Shown in pieces: positions 54,380 to 64,000 of a stretch of 64,000 bases of DNA. The DNA is from Eledone cirrhosa (taxonomy: Eukaryota), in contig CAXHJY010000157.1 in assembly GCA_964016885.1 (NCBI GenBank), positions 86,629 through 150,628 on the forward strand. The letters run 5' to 3'. The notes beneath the pieces were generated by a model, which had not been told where the DNA came from, searched no databases, and was given only the letters and a program-made list of their open reading frames with translations. Each line of letters starts with the position of its first letter. Within the stretch, counting starts at the first letter, position 1. Both the position numbers and the translations under genes were made by a program.

Positions 54380-54633
54380 CAATATAAACAGTCTTATAAA
54401 TAGATAGATTCGACATACCTTTCAACTTCGACTTCCATTTGAAAAGTTGATTTGGTAGTGAAAAATATTAGGGACAGTTATAAAAAGAAAGAAAGAAAAA
54501 CGAAGAAAAAGAAGAAATGCATGCAACTAAATAGAGAGAGATAGATATAGAGAGATAGATAGAGAGAAGAAATTCATGTAAAGAAACAGAGAGAGATATA
54601 TAGAGAGAGGAAAAAACACAGAGGGAGATAGAT

Positions 54634-54712
<79 letters not shown>

Positions 54713-54795
54713 TATAGAGAGATAGATATAGATAGAGATAGAGAGAAAGAAAATAGGTAGTTGGGCACCAGTTGAATGACGTATCAATGATATAT

Positions 54796-54826
<31 letters not shown>

Positions 54827-55744
54827 GCTCTAGTATTAATGTAGAGAGAGATATATGTGGTTAGGAGAGAAAACGCCGTTATATAGAGAGAAAAGAAAAA
54901 TATCCAGACATAAACGAGGCAGATTTAAAACACTATGTTTCATCAATGTAAAAATATCAATTCGTATAAATCAGGCATTATAATGTAAATATCAGTATTC
55001 ATGAATGAGACACGTATCAATAATGTGTGAAAAATAATGATCATATGTCTAGTTTAAAATTCCTAGGTTTATATCAGAGTTGAGGTAAAATAGAAGGTTA
55101 TCCCAGATTCGATACTATAGACATCCATGTGAATTTACGTGATCAGCTCTGCAAATTCCTATTTCACACGAAAACATTCTCATTGTGCTATAAAAATTCT
55201 AGTATACATATATGTGTACATACACACAAATATATATAGAGTCTACATTAATTTTAACAATACTATTCTTGTCTTTACTCTACATGATTATCGTTCAAGC
55301 ATAGATAGAGAACAGATATCAATATATCAATAAAAATATCAGAAACAAAAAAATAAATAAAAAAACAAAAAAATATTAAAAATAAAAATATTAAAAATAT
55401 TAAAAATAAAAATAAAACATAGTATGCCCCGCAAATCAACCACAGAGATTAATTGACAATATATTGCCAAGTTCGTTATAAGCATCAGAGTCAAAAGCAA
55501 ACAAAACCAAAAATTATTTACCAAATCCTGTCTAGCAGAAAACATTCCAAAAGTTTAGGATACCCATTTGATCTACAGATGGTCTTATATTTAATATAGA
55601 AGTTTATCTAGTGTAAAATTTATTCGATATATTTGGAGCATCAGCTTTTAGGGTAGTTTAATTATTCATGAAGAATGTTTAAAAAAAACATTTGAATATG
55701 ACCTGCGGGCCTATTTTTAATCAATTCGCTGCATAGGAAAAAAC

Positions 55745-56933
55745 CCGGTGCTACCGGAGGTTTATATAGAGATGACATGCTTTTACTTAATGAAAATAAT
55801 AACTCTGAACTAAATAGAAAAAGAAAACAAATTACACAATTTTTTAATTACTTTAATCTAAAAATAGAAATTGAGAATAACCATAGAATAGTCAATTTCC
55901 TCGATGTAACATTAAATCTCAACACATGTCTTCACTATCCATTTCACAAGTTGAATGAAAACTTAAACTATGTCAGCTTTAACTCTAACCACCCCAGATA
56001 TGTTAAAAATACTATAGTAAACTCTGTTCAAAAACGTATCTCTAGAATCTCATCTAATAAAAAGATTTTCGACGAAAAAGCCCAGTATTACAATGAAGCG
56101 TTAGCTAGAGCAGGATATAGTGATAAAATTATGTACATAGATAATAATAGACAAACTAACCAAAATAACAACAATTTTAATTACGGCAACAACTTTAACA
56201 ACTATAATAGAAAGCATTACAATAATTCCAAAAGCCAAAAAAGAAATAGAACTAGGAATATAATATGGTTTGCCCCCCCTTTCTCACTAAACATTAAAAC
56301 CCACATCGCTAAACTATTTTTAATGCTCTTGATAATCGCTTCCCTAGAACACATAGGTATCACTCAATTTTCAATAGACATACTATAAAATTAACCTACT
56401 CATCCACTAAAAATTTAGCACAAAATATTAATAGAATAAATAATAGGAATTTAAAACCTAGCCAAAATACCGATAATAGCATAAATAATATCCAAGTTAA
56501 CAAATGTAACTGTAGAGATAGATCTAAATGTCCGTTAAATAACAATTGCTTAGTTAAAAATATAATATACAACTGTAATGTTAAAACGGACTTAAATTCT
56601 TTTAACTATGTTGGTTCCACCTCGACAGAATTTAAACTTCGCTATAATAACCACAAGAATTCTTTCACAGATCCAAGCAAAAAATCTTCAACATCACTAT
56701 CAGGCTTACTATGGCAACTTAGGCATGATAACGTTGGATATTCGACGGCTTGGAATATAGTCTCAAGAGGGATTCCTTTTAATTCATCCTCTGAGACATG
56801 TGACCTCTGCGCGGAGGAGATATTCTTTATACTAAAATCTAAAAATTCCCTTAATTTACGGACAAATTTATTCAGTTGCTGCAGACATAGATTGAACTCA
56901 ACTTTTAAATATAAATATAAATTTAAAATGTAG
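55745..56933 (+). pseudogene. Naiad-type RT C-terminus + GIY-YIG, 5'-truncated, frameshift near 56320
   Basis: GGLYRDD, NFLDVTL, SNHP, WFAPPFS, then in another frame CNCRDRSKCPLNNNC..IIYNC..YVGSTSTEFKLRYNNH..CDLC..E..CRH. Confidence 0.9.
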
Positions 56934-56988
56934 TATATTAAATTTGATTTATAATTATTTATGAAACTCGCCGATAAATCTTTCGATT

Positions 56989-57023
<35 letters not shown>

Positions 57024-58265
57024 ATTCTTCATGAATAATTAAACTACCCTAAAAGCTGATGCTCCAAATATATCGAATAAATTTTACACTAGATAAACTT
57101 CTATATTAAATATAAGACCATCTGTAGATCAAATGGGTATCCTAAACTTTTGGAATGTTTTCTGCTAGACAGGATTTGGTAAATAATTTTTGGTTTTGTT
57201 TGCTTTTGACTCTGATGCTTATAACGAACTTGGCAATATATTGTCAATTAATCTCTGTGGTTGATTTGCGGGGCATACTATGTTTTATTTTTATTTTTAA
57301 TATTTTTAATATTTTTATTTTTAATATATTTTTTTTTTTATTTATTTTTTTGTTTCTGATATTTTTATTGATATATTGATATCTGTTCTCTATCTATGCT
57401 TGAACGATAATCATGTAGAGTAAAGACAAGAATAGTATTGTTAAAATTAATGTAGACTCTATATATATTTGTGTGTATGTACACATATATGTATACTAGA
57501 ATTTTTATAGCACAATGAGAATGTTTTCGTGTGAAATAGGAATTTGCAGAGCTGATCACGTAAATTCACATGGATGTCTATAGTATCGAATCTGGGATAA
57601 CCTTCTATTTTACCTCAACTCTGATATAAACCTAGGAATTTTAAACTAGACATATGATCATTATTTTTCACACATTATTGATACGTGTCTCATTCATGAA
57701 TACTGATATTTACATTATAATGCCTGATTTATACGAATTGATATTTTTACATTGATGAAACATAGTGTTTTAAATCTGCCTCGGTTATGTCTGGATATTT
57801 TTCTTTTCTCTCTATGTAACGGCTGTTTTCTCTTCTAACCACATATATCTCTCTCTACATTAATACTAGAGCTAAATAAATAAATAAATAAATAAATATA
57901 TCATTGATACGTCATTCAACTGGTGCCCAACTACCTATTTTCTTTCTCTCTATCTCTATCTATATCTATCTCTCTATATTTTCTCTCTCTCTCTCTCTTC
58001 TCTCTCTCTCTATCTATCTCCCTCTGTGTTTTTTCCTCTCTCTATATATCTCTCTCTGTTTCTTTACATGAATTTCTTCTCTCTATCTATCTCTCTATAT
58101 CTATCTCTCTCTATTTAGTTGCATGCATTTCTTCTTTTTCTTCGTTTTTCTTTCTTTCTTTTTATAACTGTCCCTAATATTTTTCACTACCAAATCAACT
58201 TTTCAAATGGAAGTCGAAGTTGAAAGGTATGTCGAATCTATCTATTTATAAGACTGTTTATATTG

Positions 58266-58331
58266 TATTTTGTCTGAAGAAGGCATAACATATTTTTAAT
58301 ATGATATCCCTGAAATATATATAATGAAATA
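58266..58331 (+). ncRNA. Type I hammerhead ribozyme
   Basis: tattttgt-CTGAAGA-agg..catat/atatg..cct-GAAA-tatata-TA-atgaaata. Confidence 0.75.
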
Positions 58332-59778
58332 AATATGGTTTTATAAATATAGCTTCCATTTATTTAATATCGTATATATATATATATATGTCTGTGTTTT
58401 TTATGCATACATACATACATACATTCATATATACATATATATATATATATATGTATATATATGGGTGTATGTGTGTGTGTGCGCGCGTGTGTGTGTGCGT
58501 GTTTGTGCGTGTGTGTGTGTGTGTGTGTATGTGCGCCTGTGAAGAGGGGTAAAAATGGCCGTTACAGTTTGAAAACATTTTATGTTACTGGCGAGACCTA
58601 TATTAGAATTTGTCAAGAAATAACTTATCAACAAATAGGTGAAAATAAGAAGTTGGGAGAGTGCAGCTGTAGTGAAAGATAGATATTATGGTGAATAGGA
58701 ATCGTGACATGGAACTAATGGAACTATTACATAATATATCAGAAAAATGACATTTATTTAATTATCTAACCCTTTTATAAATCTATTTCTGATGAAGTAT
58801 GGTATGGTGTGGACTCGTATCCCATGAGAAAGTCATATTGACATACGGCGTTTCTTATGACATTTTAAAACTTGGCGAACACCACCCCTCTCCGCAGGCC
58901 TGATTGTTGCAAATTTCTTTCAGAGAGGAATTGAGATTGAGAGAATAGAAGTGAGAAAGAGATATAGAGAAAGAATTTAAACCAGAATCGACTGGTATTT
59001 GAAGGAATTTCAAGTGAGAGTACAGAAAGCTGAAACGAATACCACAAAACACTCTAACCGAGGATGTAGCGACTCTACCAATTTGCCGTCTATGTATATT
59101 ATATTTCAAATACTGTATTTCTCGGCATCAAGGACGCTCTCACCTTGTGGATATATTCCCATTTGGACTTGCGAAATTGAAGGAAAAGCACTTTTAACAT
59201 AATGACTAACGCTACCTTCGGCCTATACGACCCAGGATGAGTTTTTTTTCGATTTAATTTGGATTAACGACAAATTTGGAAAGGTTTAATTAAATTGTTA
59301 GTTATATAATTATTAAGACGGTATTTGTAATATAACCTAAATAAAGATCCTTATGTAAAATTATTTCAGAGGATTTTAGTTTCAATAGAAATCCTCTAAA
59401 GTAGGTGGCTGTGTTTCATAGAAACATAGGCTGTTTTGGGTGGGTTGGTATCAAACGTGTTAGTATGTAGTTGTAAAAATGGGAGTCAGTGTGACGAAAT
59501 GGTTTGCGGGAGCAAACGAAAGCTATGAACGATGGTATTATTATGATGTAGTAAAATGAAAAGAATATTAAATTGAGAAATATTGAAGTTTAATGCTTAC
59601 GAAAATAAAACGGATAAACTGGGGAATGTTTTGAAATAGAAATATGAGTAAAAATTAGTCAGATATGAAAAAGAATGAAATGAAATGTTACATTTCTGTC
59701 TGTGGGAGGGGGTTATATGTGTGTGTCCGCGCAGCAGTGTGTGTATGTGCGTATGTGTGTGTGTGAGAGAGAGAGAGA

Positions 59779-59846
<68 letters not shown>

Positions 59847-60902
59847 CTGACAGACAGACAGACAGACAGTCAGACAGTCAGTCAGACAGACAGTCAGTCA
59901 GACAGACAAACAGAGCGATTAGGAAACGTATTTGAATGGAAATTTATTTATCGATCCTGGCGAGATGAAAGGAAATATTCACCTCAGGGGAATTTAAACT
60001 TAATACGCAATCAGCTAGAACAAAAATTATCCAAGAACCTGGAGTGAGTCGTATATTTGCATGAATCTATTATTTAGCTCATCTATGTGTGGCGGAGAAA
60101 ATTGAAGGCTTTGTTATAGAAAGCATAGATACTTCTTCATTGTAGTTGACGTATAAACCCCACAATGAACAACAGAAGGAGCATTGATTGTGCTTAACAA
60201 CAAAGGGCTATATCTTGTAATATCAGTGGAATATAAATTTCGAAGTTAATATATACTTTCTGGTTATCATTTCCTTACTCGCCACCATCGGCTCCGATTG
60301 GCTACCCGCATGTGTGAGCCTCGCGAGCTGGAATTGCCTTTCCAACGCGTCTCCCTCACCAGCCTCTGGGAAGACGCTTTCTCTATTCTGTCCACCGGTG
60401 CCCCGTCTCTCTCGCTCTCCCCATCTCTTACTATTATGAGCAATTGGGGGCCCACGCGTTGGCCGCCCCGCAGCTCCGGTGGACAGAATAGAGAAGGCCG
60501 GTTCACGGACGATGTTGAGGGAGATGTTCTGAGGTATTTTGTATAGTTAAATGTTAAGTGATAATACAACGGTTTTTTTTTCTTGATGAGAAAGCGGTGT
60601 AAAGAAAAGTTAGTCACATACGATGGAATCTGAACTCAAATCACAGGATGAAGAAAGAAGATAGCGTAGGACTTTTAGTCAGTTATGCTGCATCTTATGT
60701 CATTCAACCAAACCTAGTAATAATATATATTTTCTGATTATAATCTGTATTGCTTACGCGCAAGTACGTTAGTTCTCTACATGCAAAGTAGAAACGTCAG
60801 CATAGAGCTGGTTTCTTATAAATTTCATCAACAAACCGTCCGATATAAACATATATTATACATCTGCAGTGTATACTTCTGAATAACATTATACAATTAT
60901 AT

Positions 60903-61093
60903 AGGCCGGGGAATTGGCAGTATCGGTAGAGGGTCGGATGCCATGCTATCCAGCATAGTTACGTCCCTTTACGGTCTGAGTTCAAATCCCGTCGAAGTTA
61001 ACTTTGCCTTTCATCCTTACCGGGTCGATAAAATAAAGTACCAGTAATGAACTGGGTATTTGCTGGCCTTGTGCCAAAAGTAGAAACAATTAT
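60903..61093 (+). mobile_element. SINE family A, full length
   Basis: A box tggcagtatcgg, B box gttcaaatc, gcctttcatcctt..gggtcgataaaataaagtacc. Confidence 0.85.
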
Positions 61094-61599
61094 ACAATTA
61101 TTCGAGGATCTTGTGTGTTGGGGAATCTATTTAGTGAAAGGATTTATGTTGTTATTACACATTTCTTACACTTGCGAATATATAATTTGGAATGCGTTCT
61201 TGGTCGAGAAAACAAAAATATGCTATATAGAGTTGCAAATCCAAAGTATTGAAATTAAAATATAATGTAGCATTCAGCATGACGTTCTTTCCGGTTTCCT
61301 AAAATACCTGACAACAATTCTCAACGTAAATTTACATCTAAATCTAACAAATGACAACTAGACACATCATTTCATGATTCTCACCTGTAATAAAACATTG
61401 AAATTACTATAACAACTCGTCATAATATTACGTTAGGAATAAGGTGAAATATTGCAAATTCTTTAAAACATTGATAGATCGCAGGAATTTAATGTATTGC
61501 ATTAGGAAATTTGAAAAAAACCCATTACTGTAAAAGAAAAAATTATTTCAAACAACATGAAGAATTTAACATTGTATTTTATAAAAGAAAATATGTTTG

Positions 61600-61639
<40 letters not shown>

Positions 61640-61991
61640 TTATATATATATATGTATTTATATATATATATATATTGTTATATAGGCATACAATGCAACG
61701 GGAGGAAACATAATAGCACCACTGACGATGCTGCAGATGTTCAACGAAAGACTATATATATGTGTTTGTGTCTATATTGTATCGGTATTTTTTACCGTTG
61801 GTCAGTCAAAGGTAACATTGAGGACCGAATAAATTAAATTATCCGATATAAAAGACACCGAAGCGAAAACCAACCAAACAGTGAGTGTGTTCTGTTATTA
61901 ATTCTGGCAATATTATTACACAAATATGACCCTCCCCAAGTATAACAATATTTGTTTCGACACACGATTTCATATCAAAAACCTCGCAAGA

Positions 61992-62032
<41 letters not shown>

Positions 62033-62039
<7 letters not shown>

Positions 62040-62422
62040 CAAATGGAAACTATATTTATAAAACCATATTTATTTCATAATACATATTTCAAGGACACCA
62101 AGTTAAATTATGGTGTGCTTTCATGAGATAAAATATAATATAGAGCAGTTTTATAAATAAATATTGTCATACCCTTAAAGAATGCGACCATTTCTATTGG
62201 AAGCTCCCTGATAGTGGGGTTATAAATTTATTTATACTATTATGCAAATTAGTTTCGTAACTTGGTGTCCTTGATATATGTATAATGAAATAAATATGGT
62301 TTTATAAATATAGTTTCCATTTGTTAATATATCGTATTTTTACTCCAATAATTTGTTGAGTGCTTTATATCAGTTATAAAAATATTTGCTTGTTGTATCC
62401 CAACAATTTAAATAGAACTTCT
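62033..62422. mobile_element. Fold-back solo pLTR related to the 54185 family, with degenerate hammerhead (62071-62135, minus strand)
   Basis: 62033-62104 inverted versus 62259-62329; core reads CTCATGA...GAAA-tatgta-TT; tail matches 10553-10640 and 54187-54270. Confidence 0.75.
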
Positions 62423-62451
62423 ACATATATATATATATATATGTATGTATG

Positions 62452-62490
<39 letters not shown>

Positions 62491-62619
62491 ATATATATAG
62501 ATGCGCAATACTCAAACATATGTGTGTATATATATATATGTTTTTGTGTGTGTGTGTATGTATATATATATATATTTAACTATATATATGTATATATATA
62601 TATATATATGTGCGTGTGT

Positions 62620-62718
<99 letters not shown>

Positions 62719-63740
62719 CATGTATGTATGTATACATAGCTATATATACATATTAGGAGAGTGGCGTAAAAGTCTATTTTTTTTTAAATTACGAAATACT
62801 AAACAGAAAAGCAACAGGTAACAAACTATAGATAGATTTACATACTGTTGTGTGTTTTCTTTAGGAGTTTTAATTCGGAATGCTGAAGCAGCAATGAAAC
62901 TATTCCCATGTTACTGGTGTTGTACCTTGTTTCATTTTTGTTTTGTTTTTTTTGCTAAGCCATTGCATAAACTTGTTCCACTCAAATATATTTGAGAACT
63001 GCTTAAAGAAAAACAATTTTAAATTCAAAGAAAAAAAATATACGTAAAACTTAGAAATGAATTTGCACCTGTATTGACTAAACTAAAATTCAATATATCC
63101 ATTATTGTTTACAAAACTTAAAATGTTTCAATAATAGAGTTTTTCTGTATTTTAATCTCCCAAACTTCGAAAGAAATTTACAGATTTTGAAAAGTAGAAA
63201 TTGAAAATGAACACGCTTTGTTGAAAATTTCAGCATCTCCAAGAAATACATGTATCCATATACATACATACATACATATATACATATATACATGCATAAA
63301 GGCATGCATGCATACACGGCATCACATATCGTCCGATTGTTATAGGGGCTGTGCAATTTTTTCATAAATGAAACTGCCCCCTACAACGTTTACCATTAAT
63401 ACAAGTTTTGATCGGTAAAATAGTTTTCTTTGAATAAATGCTGAGAATCATCTTTTTCAAATTCAGACAAAAATAGATCAGTCCATAAACATGAGGATTA
63501 CTATCATCTTCACCAATCTAAGACAGGAATCCAGGATCGGCTTTCGGATGTCTCAGAACTATCGAGAGATATGTTATTGTGTGTAGTATGCTGGTGTATA
63601 GTATTAGAAATTGTTATACTTTGGGAGGGTCATGTTACCAATAAAAACACAAGCACCTGTTGATTTTCACTTCAATTTATTATAAACTTTCGGTTGGTTA
63701 GTTAGTTGGTTCGATAACCGGAAGGTTGTTTATATATATC

Positions 63741-63783
63741 GTCAAAGCTCTTTCGTCACATATTCTGTGACCTTGTCAGTGAC
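63741..63783 (-). ncRNA. Degenerate minimal hammerhead (CTGACAA core)
   Basis: gtca-CTGACAA-g gtcaca gaata tgtgac-GAAA-gagc-TT-tgac; same family as 35578-35620. Confidence 0.5.
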
Positions 63784-64000
63784 TAGGTTTTATTTTTTGT
63801 GTGTCTCGTTTGTTCTGTCCTACACCATCTTGCTTTTGTGTGTTGTGTATTAGAAATATTATATATCTGCATACTACACATATACAGATGCATACATACC
63901 TATATAGGAGTTTTTTGACTAGCCGATTATATTTGCATGCAGATTATGAAATGCAGTTTTCTCTTAACTTGTTCATTTTCACCCATAAATCCTACGGTTA

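Larger units (their letters stand above)
54185..58373. mobile_element. Naiad-type PLE (second family) with ~1.4-kb inverted arms
   Basis: 54271-55688 is the reverse complement of about 57010-58373; central ORF remnant; a hammerhead in each arm. Confidence 0.9.

Noticed and set aside
51406-56933. Selenoprotein-type Naiad (in-frame UGA plus SECIS)
   Set aside because: The conserved Cys positions I could read use TGC or TGT, and I recognised no SECIS
58788-58850. CTGATGA...GAAA-gtca tat tgac hammerhead candidate
   Set aside because: Lacks the required U after stem III and has no stem I
60267-60546. GC-rich island with short ORFs on both strands
   Set aside because: No recognisable motif or splice support; probably a retroelement UTR fragment, and not assignable without a search

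Overview
An AT-rich, microsatellite-saturated animal sequence with no recognisable host gene. The SINE types, the (TA)n/(CA)n/(GA)n density and the TTAGGG repeats suggest a cephalopod such as Octopus (inference). Almost all ORF-track entries are translated microsatellites. The real content is a dense field of Penelope-like elements (PLEs): one Neptune-type RT+GIY-YIG copy (3425-5005), one Neptune-type endonuclease fragment and three Naiad-type copies with 5' inversions (about 10755-16900, 49170-54108, 54185-58373). There are also many solo or fold-back pseudo-LTR fragments sitting in (TA)n tracts, tRNA-derived SINEs, LINE remnants and a hAT-like MITE. Reading both strands by eye gives about 20 type I hammerhead ribozyme motifs from roughly 10 PLE families, including a U3:A8 core variant. 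The most unusual structure is 12861-14795: seven copies of a ~177-bp Naiad pLTR segment alternate with variable (TAACCC)n telomeric tracts. Each unit starts within a few bases of the element's own predicted hammerhead cleavage site, and the array sits at the inversion junction directly upstream of the RT ORF.
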